From Porphyridium purpureum (taxonomy: Eukaryota), in the NCBI GenBank assembly GCA_008690995.1, contig VRMN01000004.1, positions 1,054,001 through 1,118,000 on the forward strand: 64,000 bases of DNA. Direction: 5' to 3'. The notes below the pieces were generated by a model that was not told the DNA's origin, did no database searches, and was given only the letters and a program-made list of their open reading frames with translations. Both the position numbers and the translations under genes were made by a program. The stretch's first letter is position 1. Each line of letters opens with the position of its first letter. This document shows positions 42,585 through 53,254 of the stretch, piece by piece.

Positions 42585-43703
42585 CTAAACTGGACTTGAT
42601 GAGTCTTCGTCAGAATTACGTTCCTCTACGCTTGTCGGCAAGTCCAACCTTCTGATCTTTTTTTTCTGCAAGTTGTGCCAGCGATTTTTCACGTCGTTGA
42701 AGCAGTGATTGCCGCCAATCTGGCTTGCAATGACCTTCCACTTGTTACCGAAAAGCCCCTGTAGGTGTAAAAGTTGCTTATCCTCATCCTCCGTGAAGGC
42801 GCTTTTGCGCAAATCTGGGTCCAGCGACTGCCGCCACCGCAGCCGGATCTGGTTGGCCGTGCGGTGCGGTAAGCGCTCCGCAATCTTATTCCATAATTGT
42901 GGTCCTTGCTTCCCGACCATGTCACGGACGATATCATCCTCCCATGCCTGCCACCGTCGCCTCCCGTCACCAGGCAATGAAACCGCCACTTGCTCATGCC
43001 CCGCTGCGGTATTCGGGGCTGATGGCGTGCTGACGGTATTGGTATCTACTTCCGCAAAGAAGATGCAGCGGGGCTCCTCAGAGTGTCTTGATGGAGGCCC
43101 CTGGATCGCTGAGGCGCAAATATGCATGTTCTGGCCGTTGTCCTCGCTTGAAGACGAGGAAGTCCTTCTCGCTGAGCCGAGCGCAGGCATCGTCCGCACT
43201 GGCCATTCCCCCGTATGAGGTAGTAACGGCGCAAACGATGGCGACTCCGACGCTGGCAAAAAATGACCGTGCATATCCACACCGGCTTCACGCACCAGCC
43301 TGCTCAGTGGAGTTCGGTTGTTCCTGCGCTGTTCGATAAGATGCAATGGCAACGTTCTGGCCATAATCGTCCCAAAGTTTGCAAACCGTTGTGACAAACT
43401 TGAAAAGAGCAAAGAGTCGCTTGGACTGCGATGGGTTGGGCGTTCAAGCTGATGAGCTTGTGTTACAGTCGACGTCGGAGCTGTCTCGCGAACACCGCTC
43501 CGCGGTCTCTGCAGTGCACGGGAAGCCGGAGGCTCCGCCTCGGGAACTCTGCTCGCCGACGTCACCATGGTAGACATGTCGCCTGACACGGGCATCCACT
43601 GCTCGCGCTCTTGTTTTTCATGTGAATGTGACGGCGTCTTTCTGTTCATGGTGTCACGCACCACTGTCTTGTATGTGTTTTCCCAAGCCGAAATGTTTGG
43701 CAT
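42585..43703 (-). CDS. R2R3-type MYB transcription factor (paralog 1)
   Basis: WQAWEDDIV...WNKIAERLPHRTANQIRLRW...FTEDEDKQL...GNKWKVIA...NDVKNRW. Confidence 0.92.
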   Translation of the reverse strand: MPNISAWENTYKTVVRDTMNRKTPSHSHEKQEREQWMPVSGDMSTMVTSASRVPEAEPPASRALQRPRSGVRETAPTSTVTQAHQLERPTHRSPSDSLLFSSLSQRFANFGTIMARTLPLHLIEQRRNNRTPLSRLVREAGVDMHGHFLPASESPSFAPLLPHTGEWPVRTMPALGSARRTSSSSSEDNGQNMHICASAIQGPPSRHSEEPRCIFFAEVDTNTVSTPSAPNTAAGHEQVAVSLPGDGRRRWQAWEDDIVRDMVGKQGPQLWNKIAERLPHRTANQIRLRWRQSLDPDLRKSAFTEDEDKQLLHLQGLFGNKWKVIASQIGGNHCFNDVKNRWHNLQKKKIRRLDLPTSVEERNSDEDSSSPV

Positions 43704-44223
43704 CCTTCACGTTCGCCACGTCAAATCATGCCCATTCGCTGTCAACAATGAAGCGACCCCACGACACCAAGACGAGACTTCTACGCGCCAACGCTTCTCA
43801 TCACCATGCGCCCGCAGAAAACTGTAATCAAGGCCTAGCGCACACGTAGTGTACAAGCGCTTCGGCACGCAAGCCAGACGCAGATCGATGGACCTTGTTT
43901 GCCGTTCGCTCTCAGCAAGCTAATCAGTCTTGGTTGGCGCAAGTCTCACGACCAAGCGTATGTTTCGCGCAAGCTCTGTTCCACCAGCCGCGACGCCACC
44001 ACCAAACGCACGCACACGCACGCACACACACACCCGCACACCCGCACACACTCACACACACACGCTCCTGAGTTGGCAACTGATTGTACACCTGCCGCGA
44101 GTTCCACGCGGCGCAGTGCCTTTATGCGGCGTGCATTCCCGCTCGGATGTCGCCGCATGATTTCGGCTGCACGACACGACATGCTCCGCTCTGCGTGTCT
44201 GCGCGAGCGTGTGTCTGTTTGCG

Positions 44224-45011
44224 CACGTGAAGCGGGCAGCCCACGCAAGCATCATCGTGCTCCATCTTCAAATTGACAGCGCGCCGCGGCTTTTTCTTCT
44301 TGGGGGCTGATTGAAATGGCATTTTTTATTCTACGCGGTCGCACAAACGGTGCACGTGGTCGCTTTGAAAACCAAATAAAAACCCCTCACACAACGCGCC
44401 TCAGCTCCTCCTCCCTTCATAACCCACAATCACCCAGCAACACAAAATAAACCCGGATTCCAACGTTGATTTCCTTGTTGTACTCACGCGTCATCAGTCT
44501 TGAAGCACGCAATGACCTTCAGACAAATTGAAGCGCGTTTACTAGATCACTTCCCTTTCACGCGCGATATTTTTGGAGCGCGGGGGGGAACAGGAGTGGC
44601 GTGTCCATCCAAAATCGCGATCCCTCGTTCATCGATCCGTAAACGTGGCGGTCATTAACGTGTTGCGTGGAGAAACCACAACTAGAAGCACGTGAAAATA
44701 AAGATGCGGGACAGACTTGAACAATAAAATGCAAATCAAATGCGTTTTTACAACACAGACGGGTTGCGCGAAAAAGAGGATGATTTGCAGGCGCGCTCGA
44801 TCCGCACGGAGAGAGAAATAAATGCGTTTGCTTGATCTTGATCTTGAACTTGTGGTGGCGCACGTGGGCTGTGGCGCGCTCGCGCCTTGGTTTCGGCGCT
44901 TGGCAGTTCACCACGTGGTCTGGCGCGAGGCCGTCACGTCATTTGGCGTGTTGCGACGGGCTGTGGCTCATTTGACAAGGTCGCTCCCCCGTGTCCAGGC
45001 GTCTGCACGTG
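44224..45011. promoter_or_regulatory. Cluster of six CACGTG (G-box/E-box) motifs upstream of MYB paralog 1
   Basis: CACGTG at 44224, 44353, 44689, 44861, 44912 and 45006. Confidence 0.5.
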
Positions 45012-45274
45012 GTTGGGCAGGGTTACGCGGCTTCGAAATTCGGCACCGCACAAGGCCGTATCTTTCGGCTCCCTTGCGTTGCTGCACAAACCAAATCTCG
45101 TCCGTCCGTTTAGAAAGCATTCCGTCGAGTATACGTATGCCAATCCACTGCTATTCTGGTTCCGGCGATCGACGAAAACGGCCTCAAAATTCTACTGCAA
45201 CTGCACTTTCTTTGTACCAGAGGCACAATAGCAGTCGACGGTGAGGGTAAAGGGTAAACGGATTCGCGAGCCTG

Positions 45275-46387
45275 TCATTGCCGTTTCTTCCCCCTCCTGT
45301 GACCTTGGTCGGCATCTTGTTCCCTAGAGACCATCGAGATCTCTGCGCTCTTATTCTTCCTTTTCTGCAAGTTGTGCCACCTGTTCTTCACATCGTTGAA
45401 GCAATGATGGCCCCCTATGGAGCTAGCAATGAGTTTCCACTTGTTCCCCCAAGGCTCCCGTAGGCGCAAAAGTTGCTTGTCTTCAGACTCTGTGAATGCG
45501 GCTTTTCGCAGATCTGGGTCCAACGACTGGCGCCATCGCAGCCGAATCTGATTTGCCGAGCGATGCGGCAGGCGCTCGGCAATCTTGTTCCACGACTGCG
45601 GGCCTTGCTTCAAAACAACCTCACGCACAATATCGTCTTCCCACACTTGCCACCGACGCCGTCCATCCACACGCGACGGTCCCGCTGGACCTTCAGGAAC
45701 CAGTGACTCACCGTCAAGCGGCACCATATTATCTGCACGGGCTTCCGCATCTGCGGAAACAATACAGCGCGGATTCACATCGTAGGTTGTTGGGGTCGCC
45801 AGAGGCATGGCAGTGCCACTGCGCACAGCACGACCACCGCTATCACTCGAAAACGACAACGTCATGCTGGTGGAACCACACTCACACATCGCAGACGATG
45901 GCCCTTCTCTGGAACCAGTATGCCTTTCTTCCCATGCCAGCGGTTCTGGAACTTGCAAAGGACGGCTCTTCACATGCAGGCCGGCTTCACGCACCAACCT
46001 GCATAATGGGACTCGCTCGCTGCGTGTGCTTTCTGGCTGTTGTGGCAACAGCGTGCGAGAAAGAACACTTCCAAAACTGGCAAACTGCTGCGACAGGTTT
46101 GAGAAAAGCAAGGCTTCGCTTGTGTTGCTCTGGCTGGCGGCTTCGAAGAAAGTCGGCCGCACAGTTGGAATCAATACCTCGCCACTGCTTCTGCGCTGGC
46201 CGGCAAACGCGGCGCGGGCGGTTGTCGGTCTGTTTCCATGCGTTCGCGCGTGTTTCTGCTCGCAAGGCACGGCTGCACGTGTCTGATGCTGCCATGCTAC
46301 CGTGCGTGGCTGCTTCGTGTCCAAGGTGTCCTGCATCGCGGCACTGACTGCTGTGTGTATACCGGCTTGATGCAATTTGAGAGGCAT
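45275..46387 (-). CDS. R2R3-type MYB transcription factor (paralog 2)
   Basis: Same two MYB repeats near the C-terminus. Confidence 0.92.
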   Translation of the reverse strand: MPLKLHQAGIHTAVSAAMQDTLDTKQPRTVAWQHQTRAAVPCEQKHARTHGNRPTTARAAFAGQRRSSGEVLIPTVRPTFFEAASQSNTSEALLFSNLSQQFASFGSVLSRTLLPQQPESTRSERVPLCRLVREAGLHVKSRPLQVPEPLAWEERHTGSREGPSSAMCECGSTSMTLSFSSDSGGRAVRSGTAMPLATPTTYDVNPRCIVSADAEARADNMVPLDGESLVPEGPAGPSRVDGRRRWQVWEDDIVREVVLKQGPQSWNKIAERLPHRSANQIRLRWRQSLDPDLRKAAFTESEDKQLLRLREPWGNKWKLIASSIGGHHCFNDVKNRWHNLQKRKNKSAEISMVSREQDADQGHRRGKKRQ

Positions 46388-46727
46388 CCTTCTCTGGATC
46401 GGGTTTCCGCTTGCACAGTCTTGCTGCTTCTGCAGTCTGCGCCGGGAATCTGGCTGGCCTGCAGATGCGTGGCTGGGCTGAGTCTTATACCAGACGCTAC
46501 CCGTCAGGCGCAGCCATCACGTGAAGTGCGCCAGACAGGCCTGTCGACGGGTTGATTGCCCGTCGAGTGGCGCTGTAAACGACGCAGATAACAACAACCA
46601 GACATGCGATGTAAGTCTTCTCGCCAGGGTTACAACCCAGCGCATTCCAATGGATCAAGCTTCACCGCCAGCCCCAACCCGGCCAGACCGACTGCTTTCC
46701 GCAAACAGATTATCCAATGCGTGTTTT

Positions 46728-46778
46728 TTCGCAGGAACACGCGCCTGTCATTCGCAGGAACACGCGCCTGTCATTCGC
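46728..46778. repeat. 23-bp tandem duplication
   Basis: TTCGCAGGAACACGCGCCTGTCA x2. Confidence 0.85.
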
Positions 46779-46897
46779 ACTCGCTCGCTCGCTCGATCGC
46801 GACGGTGGAAGAGGAGCTGCCCGTCCCAATCAGCACCAAGCGGCAACCCACACATCACAGAATAACGCTGACTTTCGAGTTGCGATTTCAGCTGCCA

Positions 46898-46935
46898 GTG
46901 TTGGTGGTTGTGGTGGTGGTGGTGGTGGTGGTGGT
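46898..46935. repeat. (GGT)n microsatellite
   Basis: Visible imperfect GGT run. Confidence 0.85.
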
Positions 46936-47971
46936 ATTGAAAAGAGGCACGCCGCAACATGTCGCGCGAGTGAGCGCGCGTATCGATAGAAGGAAAGGTT
47001 CGAGGCAGTCTCCCTTGACGCATTACAGCGAATTTCGTTCTCAACCCAAACACGAGCGCGCGCTTTTCATACTCGCGTGAAGTACTACATTCTCCCGTCT
47101 GGCTAAGGTTTTACGTAGTTTCGGCTCCCTTGTCTTTTCGGCGCTCAAGGTCGATGCGTGACGTCACAACAGCGTCTGTGTTGGCATTGGAACTTGAGAA
47201 CAAGCAGGAAACGCCGGAAAATGAGCGTTAGTGGCCACGTGGTGGGTGATCAAGCAAGAATCAGATGGTTTACAGCGCGTACCGCGTGTTCAAGATCGAG
47301 CAGCTCCGATTCTCCAACACGGTCGCCCTGCCTGGGACTTGCTGGTGGCTGACAGAAAACCGAGGAGCGCGCATGCTCGATGCACGCACGTGCACACTCC
47401 AATGCCGATAGAATGTGTAACCAAACTGGATGACGCGCGGCCGGAATTGTACCGTTGAGCGTGTGCGCTTGCTTCACAGAGGAAGGACAGGGGGTTGTGC
47501 GACGACGCAAGTCAGACAGATGATGCGTGTGTGGGTTTGTGTGGGTGTGTGTGAGAGAGGAAGAGATTGGTTGCCAGTTTGCGCTATTGAAAATGTGGAT
47601 ACTGCATGGGGTCGCATGATACTACACAGTGAGAAGCTAGATGGAAAATTCCACATGTTCACCTTTATCACACACCGCAACGAGCGTAATGAACGACGAA
47701 ATCCCTTCACTGATGCCTACGTGCCGGTCGGACTCTCGCCTGGCCCGACGCCATGCGACATATGAGACATCGATCACAGCCGTGCTGGTCGGGTCTCCAT
47801 TAAAAGGTCAACCTCGGCGCAACAGAATTTGTTTCTCTTGGTTTGCTTCGCTCAACAAAAACAGGCCGCTAGAAGCGCAGGGACGCATATCAAGTTCGCA
47901 CACTGTGAAGTCTGATTCATCGGCCGAGGTCACACCGCCGAGCGGACCCAATCTCGCGCCCAGCATTCCTG

Positions 47972-48973
47972 TCATTCCTCCTCTGCAGGGTCCTCCTCAT
48001 CCTGGTCCAGCTCCAGCTCCGCAGACTTCGTGTCGTTCGACGTCTCGCTGTGCTTCCGCCTCTTCCGCAGGTTGTACCATCGATTCTTCACGTCGTTGAA
48101 GTTGTGCCTCCCGCCAATTGTACTTGCAATCAACTTCCATTGGTTACCTAAGAGCTCACGTGCTCGCAAAATCTGTGCATCCTCCTCGGGAGTGAACGCA
48201 CTCTTCTCCAGATCGGGGCCCAGCGACTGGCGCCATCTTAATCGAATCTGGTTGGCTGATCGGTGCGGCAGGCGTTCCACAATTCTACCCCAGGATTGCG
48301 GTCCTTGCTTGGCTACCGCTTCGCGTACAATCTCGTCCTCCCATGGCTGCCACCGGCGCCGTCCGTCAGCCCGGGACGGCAGTGCCAGAAGGAGCTCTTG
48401 CTCTGTGTATTCACCAGCGCCAGGGTTGACATATTCGTGACCCGCCCCGCCAGAGCTCACGAGGAGCACATTCGTCGAAGCAACCATGTATGTTGTAGGA
48501 TTGGCCCATTTCGAGCACGTGTCGCGCGATGGGCCTGGTTCACAAGCTCCATATGGTGTTTGGTGTGCGCGGAAATCACTTTCGCTTGAAAATGGCGTTG
48601 GAAGGCTTGAAAGACCCCTGCGACAATCGGCATTGTATGGCTGCCAAGCTGGCCCAGATTGCACAGGCTGGTCCTGAAGCAACGCTGACGCGCGGCCCAC
48701 TTTGTCGTAATCCTGCCCTTCGTTTGACCGAATGTCCCGCAGTACTCTATTCAGCGGTGGACGCTGCTCATCTCGCCGTTGCGATTGCATCTGAGTTGCG
48801 GAAAGCACAGTCCCAAAGCTCATAAACTGCTCAGTCAAGCCTGCGAATAGTGCGGCGTCCGACCTGCTTCGTGGCCTGTGCAGGCCTTGGCGGGACGACG
48901 GCGTTGACCACTCTGTCTGCACTCTGCTTTGCTGCTGGCTCGCCGAGCTCGCTTGCCATGGAGAGGTACTCAT
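47972..48973 (-). CDS. R2R3-type MYB transcription factor (paralog 3)
   Basis: Same two MYB repeats near the C-terminus. Confidence 0.92.
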   Translation of the reverse strand: MSTSPWQASSASQQQSRVQTEWSTPSSRQGLHRPRSRSDAALFAGLTEQFMSFGTVLSATQMQSQRRDEQRPPLNRVLRDIRSNEGQDYDKVGRASALLQDQPVQSGPAWQPYNADCRRGLSSLPTPFSSESDFRAHQTPYGACEPGPSRDTCSKWANPTTYMVASTNVLLVSSGGAGHEYVNPGAGEYTEQELLLALPSRADGRRRWQPWEDEIVREAVAKQGPQSWGRIVERLPHRSANQIRLRWRQSLGPDLEKSAFTPEEDAQILRARELLGNQWKLIASTIGGRHNFNDVKNRWYNLRKRRKHSETSNDTKSAELELDQDEEDPAEEE

Positions 48974-50742
48974 CGATCCTTCCTCGTCTCGCAGTCATCA
49001 ATGATTGGTGTGGGTTTAACACGACTCGCCAGCCGCTCCATGGCCGGCGAGAGAACGTCTTGCTATATACGCACTCTGTCCGAGTTGCGACCCAAGTGCA
49101 CAGTATTACTGACAAAGAAAAGCACGCAGGTGTCTTCGTTGTTGTACCGTGAAGACCATAACCGTGAGGGCCCGTTCGTAATACGCACCACCGTGTCAAC
49201 GCTGCGGCACTTCGAGGATCTGCGGCACCAGCGACCGCTCGTCCTGCGCGACAGGACAGAGGAACACGTTTGTTGATGTTGTTTTTAAGAGTATATTTTT
49301 TGTTTACCTCCGCCCTCCGCCAGCACCATCATTCCAAGATCAGAGTGAGTACTTCCATGTCGCCTCCGATAAGTTGGCTCACGTAAGGCTCGCGAGTTGT
49401 CTTGAAGGGCAGTTCTGTCAACCTTGAACTTGGGTGCGTCTCGCACGCTTACTCCTTGAACGACAAGAAATCAACGAAAATATACACCTCCCACCACCAA
49501 GGCACAAAACGGCACCTGTATTTGAAATCGAACTGATTAGCAAAGGTCCATGCGGAGTAGAAACAGGAGCAGGCGGTTATTTGTGTTGGCTGCGGAATAG
49601 TGCGGTTGGTTTACAGTGAGTGGTGTTAATGTAGCGCGATGGGTATCGCTCAGGATCGATTGGACCAACTGCGCTTTGGCGTGTTTTGTCGCTCGGCTCC
49701 AAGGTTGGCGGATTGGTGAAGAAGGACGTCTCCGGTTGAGCGGCCTGTAAATGGCGTTCTCGGTTTCTGTTCGCCGCGACGCGCCATTCTTTGGTGCCTT
49801 GCGTTTCTTGACTCGAGGTGTTAGGATAGGCCCGTTTGCGAGAGACACAATGACCGTCTCACATACTCAAGCGCTGTAGAACGTCGGCTAGAAGTGATTG
49901 GGACTAGCCGAGCTGCGCAAGATGAGGAGATCCAGGGATTCCACCGTCGGACTTCTAGCAGCCTGTCGGATCGCATTGTTTACAGTATTCTACGAACGCG
50001 GATTTTATAGCATGTTGGGCGAGCAGTACTTCGGAACGGATCTTTTCAGAGGGATGTAATAACGACTCGATATGTCTGAGCTCGTGTATCGACTACTTGA
50101 CATTGCAAGTACCCGCGCGATTCCAAACATTGACGGATTCTGCACATGCTCCCACTACTCATCGCGAGGCCCCAGGTACAGCGCACGCCGCGCACGAAGG
50201 GCCACGTACACCGCTCCAGCATGTCGCGAGAGATGGATTTCCTTGAGCGCATGGACATGCGTCTCTGCCGCCATAAACCTGGAGGACTACGACCCCGACA
50301 ACCTTGATTTTGAAACAATGCACAGCGATCCTCTTCGTTTCAACATGTTTTCCCCCCTTCGACAAGAAGCGGCGCAATACCCGTCAACGAAGATCCTGTG
50401 TCCTTACTCGACAAGGTGGGTGAACATCGATCAAGTTCCTTCGACAAGGCCGACGCGACCAACTGAAACCGCATACTCTTGTTCTCGGTCCGTCAAGGTA
50501 TGCAGATCCATAAACGTGATTCATCTAGCACTGTGTGTGTGTGGCGCAGTAGAGCGACGCATGAGTGGTCATACACACCTCAAAAACGCAGGCAATTCCA
50601 CTTTGCGTTCCTGCGCTCGTTTTCTTGCATTCTCTCCTCAGTCAGCCGCGGGCTCTTGCTCGAATGTGCATCTAGAAACTCGAATGTACCGTAGACTTGC
50701 CCAGAGCGTGCAAAGAGGGAGCATGGCTCATACTCGCACGAT

Positions 50743-51144
50743 TCAAATTCTTCTCGACGCACGTTGCAGCGACACCAGCTTGGCCTCGAGCGATTGTGTC
50801 ACGTTTATGGACAACAGAAGAATTAAAACCAGGATGAACGCCATACACGCAAGTAAAAACTGCAGCAGCAAGTTGCCGTCCATGCCCAGAATCTCATACG
50901 GCACGACCGGGGGCTTCTCGCTGCGCGTCAGCATCGATCCTTCGGTCCCCGCGGCGCGCTGTGCTTCCTGGAACTGCTGCATGAGCTTGTCTGTCACGGA
51001 CGTGATCTGCACCCGCCGTTGCGTCTGGGTTTGACCAGGCGCGCGCGCCCCCGCGGTAGAGTCCCCATCGGTAATTTCTACAACGCTTGTCATTTCTTTC
51101 ACCGACCTCAAGCGCTCAAGCCCCTGTCTACCTGACTGCGCCAT
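50743..51144 (-). CDS. Small single-pass membrane protein of unknown function
   Basis: ATG-led 133 aa with one strong hydrophobic helix; divergent from the TBC gene across a GTACAG pair. Confidence 0.6.
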   Translation of the reverse strand: MAQSGRQGLERLRSVKEMTSVVEITDGDSTAGARAPGQTQTQRRVQITSVTDKLMQQFQEAQRAAGTEGSMLTRSEKPPVVPYEILGMDGNLLLQFLLACMAFILVLILLLSINVTQSLEAKLVSLQRASRRI

Positions 51145-51363
51145 GACTGCGTCTTCTCATTGACCCTTTCACGGCCCGCACCCACCTCCCACACCCGACA
51201 AACGTTCGTCGCGCTAATCCTCATCTGGCCAGATTAATTTTCACGTTACAAAAAAGGGAAAACGAGGTTCATGTGAAGTACAGTCATGCGCTGTACTGAG
51301 TTCTCACGCAGGCGGTGCTCGAGTGACAGGCAGAGGGATCGGTCGCTGGTGGCGTGACCGACA

Positions 51364-52773
51364 ATGGAGGAAGTTGAGCTCGAGAACATCGAGCTTCCGC
51401 ACGCCGAGAGCCGCAAGCACAGCCTCGGCGCGGCCTTTGAGTCCAGGCTGAATACGGAGACTTTGGTTCCAGCCGCGCGGTCCCGTGTTGAAAATCATGG
51501 CACCGTGGCCAGGAAGGATCAGAATCGCACTCCCTCACAGAAAGTTGGGGATGCCGTGCGTCACGCGAAGGGTAAAGGCTCGGAAGACCCTGGCGCTGCT
51601 AGCAGACAGGGTCCAGAATTGAATGAGCCACAGAAGGTGTCAAGTCAGGAACCGCAACGCCGAGCGGTTGCTTCGTCAATGCCAGCGCGTGAGACGAATT
51701 TCCACCCTCACGCGCTTCCGGCCAAAGTGAGACAGGAAAGATTCTCGCAATGCCTCCATGGAGACGCCTTGGTGGACGTAGATGTTCTAGCCCGGCTAGT
51801 ATGGATTTGGGGCGTCCCAGAGGACGCCGCAGTTGCACGCGCGTTGACGTGGAAGCTGCTTTGTGGGTATCTACCGGAGGACCGTGCTTTATGGGAATCG
51901 ACATTGGCAGCCAAGCGCACCGAGTATCGAAATCGTGTTCGTGAACTCTATGTGAACCCGCAAGAAGAAGAAGGTGTCGAAATGGCGAGAAACGACCCGG
52001 CGCTGGAGGACGACCATCCGCTTAGTACCGCTGCAAATTCGCGGTGGGCCCAGTATTTCAAAGACAGCGCGATACGCGAGACCATCAACCGAGACGTCAA
52101 GCGTACGCAGCCCGAGCTTGATGGATTTCGGCCTCTCGAGGAGAGATTAGCCCGCATCCTCTTTGTGTACGCCAGGCAGAGACCGAAACTTTCCTACAAG
52201 CAGGGCATGAACGAACTCGGGGCCGTAATGCTGCAAGTATTTCATGACGGCCGTGGGGTGCCCCAATCCGCATCCAGTGCAGATTCTGCCGCCGACGATG
52301 CCGAGGCGGACGCCTTCTTTTGCTTGGAACATATCCTTGAGGAATATGCGCGGTTCTTTGGTGACGAGTCGGCGATACAGCACGAGATAGATGAGTTTTC
52401 CCAATTGCTACTGTTCCGCGACAAGCCTTTATCCGATCACTTTGCGCGTCTGAAGCTTGACGCCCGCTTCTACTATCTACGCTGGTTGCGACTTTGGTTG
52501 ACGCAAGATTTTGACATGGCTGGCGCGGTTCTCATCTGGGACTTCCTTCTGAGTACGAGCCCCACAGCCCGCGTGCGTTGGATGCGCTTCCTTGGTTTGG
52601 CATTTCTACAGCAAAAGCGGACGCAGCTGCTGCGCTCCGATCTCAGTGTCTGCATGAAGCTTTTGTTGCACTCTGGGAGCGGACGCGCGGACGCGTTCCG
52701 TTTGCTTCGCGATGCTGAGCTCCTTCAATGCGCTCCCCCGGATCGCTCAAGAGGCGCTCTGGCTTATCGATAA
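51364..52773 (+). CDS. TBC-domain Rab GTPase-activating protein
   Basis: WKLLCGYLP, DDHPLS, INRDVKRT (R finger), YKQGMNEL (Q finger), EADAFFC, RWLRLWL. Confidence 0.93.
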   Translation: MEEVELENIELPHAESRKHSLGAAFESRLNTETLVPAARSRVENHGTVARKDQNRTPSQKVGDAVRHAKGKGSEDPGAASRQGPELNEPQKVSSQEPQRRAVASSMPARETNFHPHALPAKVRQERFSQCLHGDALVDVDVLARLVWIWGVPEDAAVARALTWKLLCGYLPEDRALWESTLAAKRTEYRNRVRELYVNPQEEEGVEMARNDPALEDDHPLSTAANSRWAQYFKDSAIRETINRDVKRTQPELDGFRPLEERLARILFVYARQRPKLSYKQGMNELGAVMLQVFHDGRGVPQSASSADSAADDAEADAFFCLEHILEEYARFFGDESAIQHEIDEFSQLLLFRDKPLSDHFARLKLDARFYYLRWLRLWLTQDFDMAGAVLIWDFLLSTSPTARVRWMRFLGLAFLQQKRTQLLRSDLSVCMKLLLHSGSGRADAFRLLRDAELLQCAPPDRSRGALAYR

Positions 52774-53254
52774 GTCTTGGCGCTTCGCTATTTTATGACT
52801 GAGCAAGTTTCCTTGCACTAAAGGCGAGCAACGGGAGACGGAGCAACACACGTGAAGGAGAAGGAAGAGGAGGGAAGACAGTTGGGGAGCACAACGAACA
52901 GAAAGATCAAGAGGCGTGAAGAGCTGGTGAAAGGCCGTCTGGGATCGTTTGACGGAGTCGGTCGTGTGGACCTCTGTCTGGGAGCCGGAAGGGAACGGCG
53001 TGTATCCAGAGCACTCGTGCATTGCTTCATCCCCTATGCTCGGGTGAAGACGATTCGGGCTTTGCTTCCTTTATCTGATCTCAGGGGAGAGGATAGGCCG
53101 CGAAATTGAGGTTGGAAGCGTCGTTCCGCAGCATAAACGGACCAGGTCGGGTGTCCAGGAGTCGACAACTTCCCAAGTGCGCTGTCTTGTTTGCTGGCCC
53201 AAGTGCGAACGTTGCTGGTGCTGTGAGAAAGCGGGGACGTCGAATCCGAGCATT

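Noticed and set aside
50072..51034. 320-aa plus-strand ORF as an intact gene
   Set aside because: The 3' half is antisense to a more plausible membrane-protein ORF and looks non-coding; only the 5' part may be a remnant.
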